A DNA stretch of 64,000 bases, taken from Eledone cirrhosa. Its lineage: Eukaryota. This document shows positions 1-11,822 of the stretch, in pieces (positions within the stretch are counted from its first letter, which is position 1; each line of letters opens with the position of its first letter). The stretch is taken from NCBI GenBank assembly GCA_964016885.1, contig OZ024741.1, positions 132,804,001 through 132,868,000 of the forward strand, given 5' to 3'. The notes beneath the pieces were generated by a model that did not search any database, was not told the origin of the DNA, and saw only the letters and a list, made by a program, of their open reading frames with translations. The translations under genes were made by a program, and so were the position numbers.

Positions 1-1638
1 GTTAACTATGCGGGTGACCATGGTGTGTCCCACCGTGCCAGATGCCTTCAGCATCTCAGCAACTATTTCCGAAGGCCCAGCCGCCTTACCAGTCTTCATA
101 TCCTTGATTGCCTTACTTATTATACTCCCCTCGACTAACACTGCTGGTCCCTCTATTGGGTCGATATGGGGGAGACTGCCTTTCTCCCAATTATTCTCCT
201 CATTTAGAAGCCTTTCATAGTGACACTTCCAAGCTACCTTCTTATCAGCGTCGGTGATGGCAAGTGTGCCATCGTCGTTTAGTACACACTTCTCCCCGAC
301 AATATCACGGTTTTCCTTGACGCATTGCCTAGCAATCCTGAACACCTCACGTTTTTGGTCATCGCGTTGTAGAACATGCTTGAACTTTCTTTCCTCAGCT
401 TCCCTTCTTGCTAAGTACACTTGTCTCCTAGCTTCCCTCCTGGCCACTTGATAGTCCTCTCTACTTCCCCCATCCCGCCATACTTTCCAAGCCTGCTTTT
501 TGGCCTTAATTGACCCCTCCACCTTACTGTTCCACCACCATGTTACTCTCCTCCTGCCTACAGGCCTGCTCCAGCCACAGACCTCGTCTGTCGCCAACAG
601 CAGGTTTGCTTTCAGAAATTCCCACTCTCCCTCTATATTGTCCGACTCTAAATGTTCTTCCTTACTGTCGAAAGCATCAAGTAATATGCTTTGAAATTTA
701 TTCCTGGCTGTGGGGTCCTTTAACTTCCATATTTTCCTCCTGAGGATAGTCCTCTTCTGTTGTCGAGTACGTCTCGTCCTGACTATGAGGTCGCTAATTA
801 TCAGTCTATGTTGGGAGGTGCATTCTTCATGGGGGAGGGATTTAGTGTTAACAACAGACACTCTGTCACGTCTTCTGGTAAGGATATAATCTACCTGGCT
901 TGTGTGTTCCCCGGATCTATAGGTGATCAGGTGATTGTCACGTTTTTTGAAGTTAGTGTTACAGATAGTTAGGTTATTTGCATCACAGAATTCCAGGATT
1001 CTGGAGCCTTCCTCATTTCTAGTACCAAACCCATAGCCTCCATGGATTTCGTCGTAGCCGTCACAATGTTGTCCAACGTGACCATTTAGGTCGCCTGCGA
1101 TAATTATATAGTCACTGTCGGATATTTGGGAGGTAGTTAGCATCAGTGTCTCATAGAATCTGTCTTTTATAGTGCCGGGCAGTCCGGATTGGGGTGCGTA
1201 CGCAGATATTACTGTCACCGTAGTTCTATTGAGGACAAGTCGTATTTTAATTATTCTGTCGTTCACTCTATTTACGTCTATTATCTTATCTGCCCACTTT
1301 TCTGCTACCATGATTCCTACTCCACCCAGCCCATCGTCGTTTCCCACCCAGAAAAGCTTATAACAACGTTTTTTACCCTCAATGAACCTAGCAGACCCAC
1401 CCCTCCACCTGGTCTCTTGAATACAACAAACATCGACCTCCTTACGTTCAAGCATTTCTACAACCTCGTTAGCGCGACCCTTTAGGGTGCCTACATTTAT
1501 GGTACCAACTCTGAAGTTTTGGATTGCGTTTGGGGGTTGGGGGCGGTGAGGGGCGGGGGGCGATGGTGTTATGTTAGCCGTCCGCGGTCGAAACAATGAG
1601 GAGTGCTCGCATTCTCGTCCAAGGGGTGAATTTGTCAT
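1..1638 (-). mobile_element. RTE-clade LINE, 5' part of ORF (APE endonuclease and linker toward RT); continues beyond the left edge
   Basis: ATG at 1638 is in frame with FRVGTINVGTLKG..DVCCIQETRW..SAYAPQ..IAGDLNGHVG (APE motifs) and still in frame at 60-1 (AEMLKASGTVGHTMVTRIVN). The track lists no stop-terminated ORF in this frame, consistent with an open frame to the edge. Confidence 0.9.
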
Positions 1639-1648
1639 ATATATATAC

Positions 1649-1679
<31 letters not shown>

Positions 1680-1708
1680 CATATATATATACATACATAT
1701 ATATATAC

Positions 1709-1755
<47 letters not shown>

Positions 1756-1800
1756 CATATCTATATATACATATATCTATATATACATATATATATATAC

Positions 1801-1879
<79 letters not shown>

Positions 1880-1924
1880 CATATATATATATACATATAT
1901 ATATATATACATATATATATATAC

Positions 1925-1989
<65 letters not shown>

Positions 1990-2150
1990 CATATATATAT
2001 ACATACATATATATACATATATATATACATACATATATATACATATATATATACATACATATATACATACATATATACATATATATACATATATATATAT
2101 ACATACATATATATATACATTTATACATATACACATATATATATATATAT

Positions 2151-2237
<87 letters not shown>

Positions 2238-2249
2238 CATATATATACA

Positions 2250-2307
<58 letters not shown>

Positions 2308-2426
2308 CATATATATACATATATATATATATATATACATATATATACATATATATACATATATATATACATACATATATACATATATATACATATAATA
2401 TACATACATATATATACATATATATA

Positions 2427-2510
<84 letters not shown>

Positions 2511-2511
2511 C

Positions 2512-2542
<31 letters not shown>

Positions 2543-2560
2543 CACATACATACATATATA
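1637..2560. repeat. (TA)n array interrupted by C (TATAC/CATA units)
   Basis: Directly visible; source of the spurious IY-rich ORFs. Confidence 0.97.
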
Positions 2561-3313
2561 TGTGATTCAGTAAATTTGTGGTACCGCTATTAACACTATG
2601 CTAAAGCAGAGTGTATACATTAAAAAGAACAAAACAAAGTTTCACATGATTAGGCATAGTTACGAATGTTTCACATGTGCAGTGGTAGGTCTATATGCAT
2701 GTATCTATACACCAATTGAGGTAGGATGCTCTCAGATAAATTTCTGGTTTTCCTTGATTAACAACTCTGATGGGAGTGGAGCCACTCAAATGTGACATGT
2801 TCATAACTGGACCTAATCAATAAAAACCTCAATGTGGAACCTCGTTTTATATGCAAAAAGTTGAGGAAAAATAACATGAAAATAATGAGTACAATAACAA
2901 TATATATTAGTTTAATGCTTGATATAGCAGGAAAAGAGACTTAACATTTCAGCCGTTAGTCCTTTAGCAAAAGATAGAGTAAGGAGTAGAAGAAATAGAA
3001 AGATAGACAACAGTAAGAAAAGCAAGAAACAGAAAAAGAAAATATGGGAGGAAAGTACATACAAGTGAATCTAATTTACCTACTGAAAGACTAACACCAT
3101 GAAACTTAAGTATTTTGCAAAAACATATGCCTAATTGCTATGAATTGAAACACACACATATAACAGCAATTACGTAAGAGATAAATTAGGTAAATTCTAA
3201 CGTACTGACTTCTAATTCATTCAGAGTACATAGACCTACATCCATAATTCTTTGAGTGTTCTATCCCACATACACTAGTGTCAGTTGATTAACTAACACA
3301 AAAAAAGCAAGTA

Positions 3314-3680
3314 TCATCATCATCATCAACGTTTAACGTCCGTGTTCCACGCTTGCATGGGTTTGGACGGGGGGGGTATTCCCACTTGAGGCAAGAGTGA
3401 TTGTCTTGCTCGCATAGGACTGTCTGGCAGGTTTTCTACAGTTGGATGCCCTTCCTAACACCAACCACATTTACAGTGTGGGTCTGGGAGGTTTTTACCG
3501 TGTTGCCTACACGGCCACATTACAGCGTGGACTGTGTGTTTTTTTGTCGTGACACCTACACGATCTCATTTGTTTCGGCCTGGATGGTGTGGCACCAACA
3601 TAACTTTACATAGAAGGGGGCGATGTGGATGGGGGAGGGGGGGGGGGGTGTATTTTGTTAGAGATGCCTACTGACTGTAA
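3314..3680 (-). mobile_element. RTE LINE 3' UTR fragment with (GAT)n tail
   Basis: Reverse complement of the 3' UTR at about 55210-55700; (CAT)n at the left end. Confidence 0.85.
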
Positions 3681-3689
3681 AAGTTAAAG

Positions 3690-4010
3690 AACCCCTTCAG
3701 TCATGAACAACCATGGGATTTTCACATAGAAAGTTCCCCTCCGAGGTACAAATCCAGGCAAGGTTGCTTGTGAAAGACCAGCAGTTGCCCATGCATACCG
3801 GTCTCCCCTCTCCATACCAATGATGTTGTCCAAGGCAAATGGCAATACAGCTTGGCACCACTGATGTCACAACTCATTTCTACAGCTGAGTGAACTGGAG
3901 CAACGTGAAATAAAGTGTCTTGTTCAAGAACACAACGCAAAGCCCGGTCCGAAAATCAAACTCACAACCTCACAATTGTAAGCCCAACATTCTAACCACT
4001 AAGCCATGTG
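3690..4010 (-). mobile_element. tRNA-derived SINE (family related to 24395-24690)
   Basis: Minus-strand head ATGGCTTAGTGGTTAGAATG..GTGAGTTTGATT (A/B boxes), then core GTGTTCTTGAACAAGACACTTTATTTCAC. Confidence 0.75.
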
Positions 4011-4031
4011 TCTTAACTTTAACTTATTCAT

Positions 4032-4089
<58 letters not shown>

Positions 4090-4427
4090 CCAGTTACATT
4101 AAGTAAGACTATTGTCTATCAAAGATAAAATTCCCAGCTGATCAGGTGCCTACCTATTCTGTCATATTTAGCCAGATATATTTTGATATGTAGAATACAG
4201 TATCCTTGGCAGTCACAACAAAACAACTTGAATAGATAAGAGTTGACGTTAGGAAGAAACCATTATGTGGTTGCTCGACTTGCTAGAAATAGCAACTAGA
4301 GTTCACTCGAAAATATATTGCCTTTGTGTTTGGCTTATCAAAATAGTCAACAGTTAATAACTAACTTTCAACTTAACATAAGACAAATATTTAACTATTA
4401 AAATCTAATATTATCTTGTATCTAATA

Positions 4428-4960
4428 AATGTTTCTACTTTTGGCACAAGGCCAGCAATTATCCCAGTGCATCACTGGTACTTTATTTTATTGACCCCGT
4501 AAGGATGAAAGGCAAAGTTAACCTCAGCAGGATTTGAACTCAGATCATAAAGGGCCGTAACTCTATGCTGCAACGCATGGTGTCTGGTGCTCTATCGATA
4601 CTGCCAATCCACTGCCCTGTATCTAATAATTGTTTCTACTTTTGGCACAAGGCCAGCAATTATCCTAGTGTATTACTGGCACTTTATTTTATCGACCCTG
4701 TAAGGATGAAAGGCAAAGTTAACCTCGGCGGGATTTGAACTCAGTCCGTAAAGGGACCTAATAATGGTTTCTGATTTAGGCACAAGGTCAACAATGTAGG
4801 TAGAAGTGAAAGTTAATTAAATTGACCCCAGTGCATTACTGGTACTTTATTTTATTGACCCTGTAAAATGAAAGGCAAAGCTAAACTCTGTGGGATATGA
4901 ACTCAGGATGTAAAGGGCCGTAACTATATGCTGCAAAGCATGTTATCTAATGCTCTGCTA
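4428..4960 (-). mobile_element. Three tandem copies or fragments of an abundant tRNA-related SINE
   Basis: Repeated GGATGAAAGGCAAAGTTAACCTC..GATTTGAACTCAG; same family as 30233-30430. Confidence 0.8.
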
Positions 4961-5422
4961 TTTTCTGTCCTTCTTGTATCTGATATTGAGATTTCATTCC
5001 AAAGCTCAAATTTAAATTTGGACACTTTAATAGAGATGGCTTCGGGCTGGTATTTAAAAGATTAAATCATATCCTACCATCTTATAAAAAGAAAGATATA
5101 TTGGTTAGTGTAGTTGTAGATATACTAAAAGAGGATGGTCATGGCTGGATAATAGGTCTGCTTGATCATAGTTGACTTAAGGGGTAAATCAACAACAATA
5201 TTAGTCAATGTACTGTGAGCATGTAGCTCAAATACTGTATCAACATCTCTCTCTAACTCACTCCACCACATTCTATAACGATAAGCATGCCTATATTTCT
5301 AATAAAATACACTCTCTTTCAATTAATTGATCAAGAATTCTGAAGTATTTACTAAAATTATTAATTATTTCTCACCTCCCCCTCTCTCTCACACATTCTT
5401 TACATATGGTTCTTATATATAA

Positions 5423-5988
5423 CTAGCAGTGGTACCCGGCGTTGCACGGGATAAGGTATTTTGGAAGGCCTATTGCATTCCTCGACAATATGTAAAGAAA
5501 ATAAACCAAATACTCTGATGGCTGGATAATCTTTCAGATTTTCCTCGATGAAGGAGGAAAAATGCAGGTTTTCACCTAATGCGAGCCCTAGGGGATCAAG
5601 AAAATGAATTTTTTTTATGTGCATAATATGCCTTGAAATTTCGGGGAAATTGGCTAGACGTAACGCCTCAAAAAAGCCCTAAAAAGCTGAAAAAATGAAG
5701 TTTTTCACCTAATGCGGGCCCTAGGCCATAAAAAAGTTGGATTTTCTTTGCTCACGGTATGAAGAAGAGACTGACTAATACATAGTTACAATTTCAAGGA
5801 AATCAGTCTGACATAACGCCTCAAAAAACCCCTAAAAACCTGAAAAAAACGCAGTTTTTCACCTAATGCGAGCCCTAGGGGATGAAAAAGTTGAATTTTT
5901 TTTATGTACATAACACTCCCTGAAACATAAGTAATACACATGTAAAGTTTGAAAAAAGTCGGTTGGGTACTTCTCGAGTTTAGGGATT

Positions 5989-6027
<39 letters not shown>

Positions 6028-6337
6028 CCATCCTCGGGGAAGTGACGTAATGCAGACAGTCAGACATACAGACAGATATTATAAGGGTGCAACGTTATAT
6101 ATATGTATCTATCTAAAAAGAGAAAGACTAAGAATTATAGAGAGAGATCGCTAAATCGCCTAATACGGTTCCTAGGGCATTGAAAATTTGAAATTTATTT
6201 TGCTCAGAACACTCCCTGAAACATAAGTATTACATATGTAAAGTTTGAAAACAGTCGGTTGGGTGGTTCTCGAGTTTTAGGGATTCAAACTCTCACACAC
6301 ACACAGACAGACATCCTCAGTTTTATATATATATAGA
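5423..6337 (-). mobile_element. Non-autonomous Helitron
   Basis: On the minus strand it starts TCTATATATAT.., ends CCCGTGCAACGCCGGG hairpin + TACCACTG + CTAG, and sits between host A and T. It has internal repeats of TTTTCACCTAATGCGAGCCCTAGG. Confidence 0.8.
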
Positions 6338-6359
6338 TTATGTTGGAAGATATAAATTA

Positions 6360-6656
6360 AAATGCTTACAACATCAGAAAACAGCACAGCTCCCATGATT
6401 TTCAGAAACATTTTTTCATGTTCAGAGTTGCTGAAACATGGAACAAACTACGTGCATCAGTTTTAGCTGTCGGGACACTGCATCTTTCAATAATATTCCC
6501 CCTCTATACACACGCATGTATGTAACTGTGTGTTTATCATGACTTATACACTGTTCACTTTCCTGACATTTGTACATTATTCTATGTACTATACATGCAC
6601 CTTTGATGACAAGTAGTGCACCTGAGCACTATACACAATAATCTTCTTTATTATTA
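6360..6656 (+). mobile_element. CR1-like LINE 3' end fragment
   Basis: Homologous to 19450-19770 (FRKHFF..RVAETWNKL) and ends in an ATT-rich tail. Confidence 0.8.
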
Positions 6657-6701
6657 TACAAATAGGAATCCATTAAAATGGGTGACATTATTTCATAGCA
6701 G

Positions 6702-6917
6702 AGCGGTGGATTGGCAGTATTGGTAGATCATCGGACAACATGCTTTGCAGTATATAGTAACAGTCCTTTATGTTCTGAGTTCAAATCCTACCAAGGTCGG
6801 CTTTGACTTCCATCTTACAGGGTCGATAAAATAAAGCACCAGTAATGCACTGGAATCAATTTAATCGACTTTCCCTTCTCCAAATTGTTGACCTTGTGCC
6901 TAAATCAAAAAGTATTA
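6702..6917 (+). mobile_element. tRNA-related SINE
   Basis: GCGGTGGATTGGCAGTATTGGTAGA..GAGTTCAAATCC..GGGTCGATAAAATAAAG. Confidence 0.75.
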
Positions 6918-7822
6918 TTTCATAGAAGCAGAGGAAGAGCCCGGTTTTGGCCAGGTTGGTATCAAAATTGTTAAGAGACATAGATATACTTAGAGAGAGA
7001 GAGAAGAGAGAGAGCGGGAGAGAGCAAGAGAGAGAGCGAGAGAGAGCAAGAGACAGAGCGAGAGAGAGCAAGAGACAGAGAGAGTCAATAATAATACTAA
7101 GAAACAGTTTCATCCAGAATATAATTTTAGATTTAATTTATTTATGAGATTTATTTTTAGTGGGGTGTATGTGAGTGTTAGTGTTAGTCTGTGTGTGTGT
7201 GTGCGCATGTTATCCTTAGTGATTATAATTTAATTTCAAAAACAAACACTGGCTAGAATCCAAACCAATTCTTATTTTGTTACTCATCAGTTTGTTGGGT
7301 GGAGATATGAAGGGTGGGTTCTGCTATAACACAACTATTTTATTACTAAATGCTCTTAGGATAATATTTTCAATGAAATACTCTGTATTTTAACCCTTGT
7401 GATAGCAATCTACCTGGAACTACTCTGGTTCTATGATGCAAAGCCATGTGTTCATATTTAAATTGAAACCTTCCATCATAATTTTATGAAAGAAATGTTT
7501 GCTTAATAATGCTTCAAATATCAGCTTAATCTTAAAATAATTTTAAAAATTAATAGAAAATCAGACAATGTATTTTATTAAAAATATGGTAAGGAAAAGG
7601 TTATTAAGAATCTGGAGGAATTTAAGTTGGTGTTTGCAACAGAAAATGTTATATAAAATTATCTTGAATGTATGGTATGGTCCCATAACTCCTGGTGGAG
7701 TTGTAGGGGAACTGTATTGACATACAGCATTTCTTTGTCATTTTAAGCCTGGCAGAACCCATCCCTCTCCATGGCCTCAGTATAGCTGACTTCTTCTAGA
7801 GAAGGATAGAAAGTGAGAAAGA

Positions 7823-8143
7823 GATCATCATCATCATCATCATCATCAGGTTTAGCGTCCGTGTTCCACGCTTGCATGGGTTTGGACGGGGGTTTTCCCA
7901 CTTGAGGCAAGAGTGGTTGTCTTGCTCGCATAGGACTGTCTGGCAGGTTTTCTACAGTTGGATGCCCTTCCTAACACCAATAGAAGAAATATCAACAACT
8001 GTACTTGACTGGTATTGCTTTTTATCAACCTCAAAAGGATAATAGACAAAGTTGACCTCAGTGGAATTTGAGTACAGAGAGCCAGAATGAATACCATAAA
8101 GTGCCCTATCTGACGTTCTAACAACTCTGCCAATTCGTCGCCT
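7823..8143 (-). mobile_element. RTE 3' tail fragment (7823-7980) plus adjacent SINE (about 8000-8143)
   Basis: (CAT)n + GCGTCCGTGTTCCACGCTTGCATGGG matches the reverse complement of 55540-55700; SINE core follows. Confidence 0.75.
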
Positions 8144-9634
8144 TGCTAGAATGTATAGGAATTCTTTAAAATGGATTGTTTTGTTTCATAGAACCATGGT
8201 TTTGGGTGGCCACTTGCATGGCCACTAAGTTGTTGTATTGGCGTTGCACACATCAATATGTTGTCAGTCAGAAGCTCTGAAATGTTGCCATGCAGTAGTA
8301 GCTTTGAATTTAGAATGCTTTTGCTCAAAGCATCAAACATTTGATTTGATGGTTGGGAAAAATTAGAGGAAATGGTGGTGGCTTATCTTATTTTTCCATG
8401 TATGGACTGAAAGAATACAATTGCAAATACAAGCAGCCAAAAGAGGATTCCTCCGAAGGGTCTTTGGAACAATGTTACTCAATAGAGTAAATAGCTCAGA
8501 GATACTGAGTCAAGCCAGGTAGAACTGCTATTTCTCCAATTTGAGAGATCACAGGTCCGATATTACAGACAAAACCAACCAACAGGAGACCCAGGGGTAA
8601 ACCCCAAGTAATATAACTAACTTTCTCATTATTAAGCTATTCAGAGCATAAAGCTTACATAAAATGATGATGGATGGTTTTTAGATAAATATAAATACTT
8701 TAAAGCAAACAGTTTTTTATCATACAATCAGAGATGGTTTCAGGCAGTTTTGTATCAGAAGGGTTAATATATATGTATCAGTGTCATAACAGATACAAGC
8801 ATTACTGATAGTTTAAACATGAAGGTTCCTAGTTTCATTACAGTCTGGTAGAATACATGCATGAAAAAATAAGACATTTGATGATGATCAGAGATCAAAC
8901 AGCTTGAAATGTAGTAGATGGAAATATATATAAAATACTTCATCTAATCAATGAATTAGCAAAATCATAAAGCATCAGAGTAAATGATTCAGTATTTGTT
9001 CTGGCTCATTGGATCCTCAGTTCATTTCCTGTGTGACATAACGAAGTTAATATATCATTATCATTGTTTTAAGGCCCGCCTTCCCGGCTAGCAAGGGTTG
9101 GACACTAATATGTACTATAACACTGCATAACAAGGTTTCAGTTAAGGTACATTATCATTTAGTGTCTGTTTTCCATGCTAGTAAGGGTTAGATGGGACAT
9201 CACAGACTGAACCAGTACTCAAGTGGAGCTAAAGACCTCTTAGATGGTTCAGGAGTTTGTATCTTGCTTACATACATTCCTGTGCTCTACCAAATGCTCA
9301 GGTGTGATAGTGGGTGACACCTCACATATAGTTCTGCTCTCTACCAAGTGTATTTTATCATGCCATTAGCACAGGAAGGTTGACAAAACTTAGTCACAGT
9401 TGGAGTCCTTCCAACCCTTTGTTTGACAGGTTTGATATGACTGAATACTCTTCCTACCTATAGAGATCAATAAAATAAGCACAAGATTGAAACAAGTTGA
9501 TGTGATTGACTAAACCTTTAAATGTGGTACCCCATTATAGCCATACTCCAATATCTGAACCCAGTAATATATATATATTTCATTTCTGAATTTGTTTAGC
9601 AAGATTCTTTACCTGAAAACGTGTGTTGAAATCG

Positions 9635-10025
9635 ATATTGTTATACTTTGGAAGGGTCATGTTGCCAATAAGAAATACATGCACCAGTTGCTTTCACTCC
9701 AATTTATTATAAATTAAATTTATAAATTTCCGGTTGGTTGGTTGGTTGGTTCCACAACAGGACGGTTGTTCATATATTGTCAAAGTTCTTTCGGCACACA
9801 GTATGTGACCTCTTCAGTGACTGGGGATTCTTTTCTTTGTGAAGAGGTCACAGAATGTGTGACGAAAGAACTTTGACAATATATGAACAACCGTCCGGTT
9901 GTGGAACCAACCAACCAACCAGAAATTTATAAATTCTTAAATTTATAAATTTAATTTATAATAAATTGGAGTGAAAGCAACTGGTGCATGTGTTTCTTAT
10001 TGGCAATATGACCCTCCCAAAATAT

Positions 10026-10032
<7 letters not shown>
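9635..10032. mobile_element. Inverted pair of Penelope-like pLTR ends between TA tracts
   Basis: 9635-9817 is the reverse complement of about 9840-10032 and contains a hammerhead motif. The same family occurs at about 53397-53475 and 63843-64000. Confidence 0.7.
9779..9821 (-). ncRNA. Minimal hammerhead ribozyme (PLE type)
   Basis: GTCA-CTGAAGA-G-GTCACA/TGTGCC-GAAA-GAACTT-TGAC, with stem I GTCA/TGAC. Confidence 0.6.
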
Positions 10033-10068
<36 letters not shown>

Positions 10069-10435
10069 AATGTGATTGGTATTAGGAAGGGCATCCTGCT
10101 GTAGAAACCAAGCCAAAACCAGTCCTGTATGTGCAAGTCATGGTCATTGGACCTGACTTGTCTCGCAGTGGGGCAACTCATCTAACCCATGCTAGCATGG
10201 AAAATGGACGTTAAACAGTGATGATGATGTATATGTGTGTTTTACTGGATTCAGATATTGGAGTATGGCTATAATGGGGTACATTTCAAAAGGTTTAGTC
10301 AATCACATCAACTTATTCCAGTCTTGTACTTATTTTATTGATCTCTACTTCATTGATCTCTAAAGTGACAGAATATAATGTGACACAGCAACAGCATAAA
10401 TACAGACACAGGCCAAACTACCAAATTATACAAGG

Positions 10436-10775
10436 GACATGAGTCTACAGCATCCAAGCCAAGCTTTATGACCTTGTTAAGAGCAGCATGGCATGGAAGG
10501 TGGCTGGCACTGTAGTGACAGAACAGCGGGTGAAGGCCAAAAGAATCTACAGTAGATCAGCAGTGACATTAGTGTGGCTTGCAGGTCCGGAGGCTGAGCC
10601 TCAGGGAAACCCTAATTCACAGGCTATCATTTGAAAAGGAGGGTAACACATTGAGCCAGGCACTGCTGTGGGATTGTGAGGGTGAGTGAAAACATGTGAG
10701 GTGGAGCTGGTTGAGCTAACACGCTAGCCTGTCCAAGGCCATGTTGCACTGGATGGCATCCCACATGCTCTGGGG
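10436..10775 (+). mobile_element. Degenerate non-LTR retrotransposon fragment (possibly Hero/NeSL-like)
   Basis: GC-rich island; DLVKSSMAWKVAGTVVTEQRVKAKRI loosely resembles the post-RT 'GRKWKA..AV..AESRL' segment; contains stops. Confidence 0.25.
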
Positions 10776-11090
10776 GGATTTGTATAATATTATGATGGAA
10801 GAATTTTAGATAAATATAAACATTTTTGAATAAACAGCTTTGCATGTTGGAACTAGGGCTGGCTTTGGCCGTTTTGGTATCAAAAGGGTTAAATCCCCGA
10901 TAAAGTACATAAACTTAAATTAATGTAAATATCAATAATTTACTGGAAGTTACTTGTCTGTTACACCATGTTAAACTATGGTGTGACAGGCATATCATCT
11001 AATTTCACTCAATAGCAACACACCCAATAACATAGAATTTATGTTAAAACTGTTCTGTCCAGCTAGAATTGGCAGTGAAGTCACTCTTAA

Positions 11091-11276
11091 CCCTTTAGCA
11101 TTTAAACCGGCTGTATCCGGCCAGAATTCTCTCACCTCTTTCTGTTCAAACTGGCTGTAACCGGCTGCGTATACTGCTGTTAAAGTATTTTCTCAAAATA
11201 AATAGATTCAAAATCTCATAGATTTGGTATTATGAAAATATAATAGTAAATATAGAGTAATGCAAATGTTAAAGGG
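11091..11276. mobile_element. piggyBac-like MITE
   Basis: TTAA|CCCTTTAGCATTT...AAATGTTAAAGGG|TTAA: terminal inverted repeats and TTAA duplications. Related decayed TTAA-CCC elements recur at about 7390, 13525, 18090, 21950, 26640 and 37420. Confidence 0.75.
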
Positions 11277-11554
11277 TTAATTCACACCTTACTGTCTTTA
11301 AAAGGGAAAACATAGCTACACTGTCCAAATTATAGACAATATGGACAGAGCTAGAATGACAACCTATCATTTTTTTTTTTTCCATGGTTTATTTTAAAGA
11401 TATTTTTTACCTGCTCAAATCTTTGAGGCATATGCTATGATCCAGTGTTTGATATTTCCTGAGTCAGAAGCACATTTGTAATGTAATGGCGATCATAAAT
11501 ATTCTATGAGTGTTTTTTAACTACCATTTATCATGCAACTACATGGAGTATTTA

Positions 11555-11822
11555 ACACAAAATTACATTTAGAACTGCATAAAATTAGATTTAGAATGAC
11601 ACAAAATTAGATTTAGAATGACACAAAATTAGATTTAGAATGACACAAAATTAGATTTAGAATGACACAAAATTAGATTTAGAATGACATAAAATTAGAT
11701 TTAGAATGACACAAAATTAGATTTAGAATGACACAAAATTAGATTTAGAATGACACAAAATTAGATTTAGAATGACACAAAATTACATTTAGAACTACAC
11801 AAAATTACATTTAGAACTACAC
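11555..11822. repeat. 22-bp minisatellite ACACAAAATTAGATTTAGAATG, about 12 copies
   Basis: Directly visible near-identical tandem units. Confidence 0.95.
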
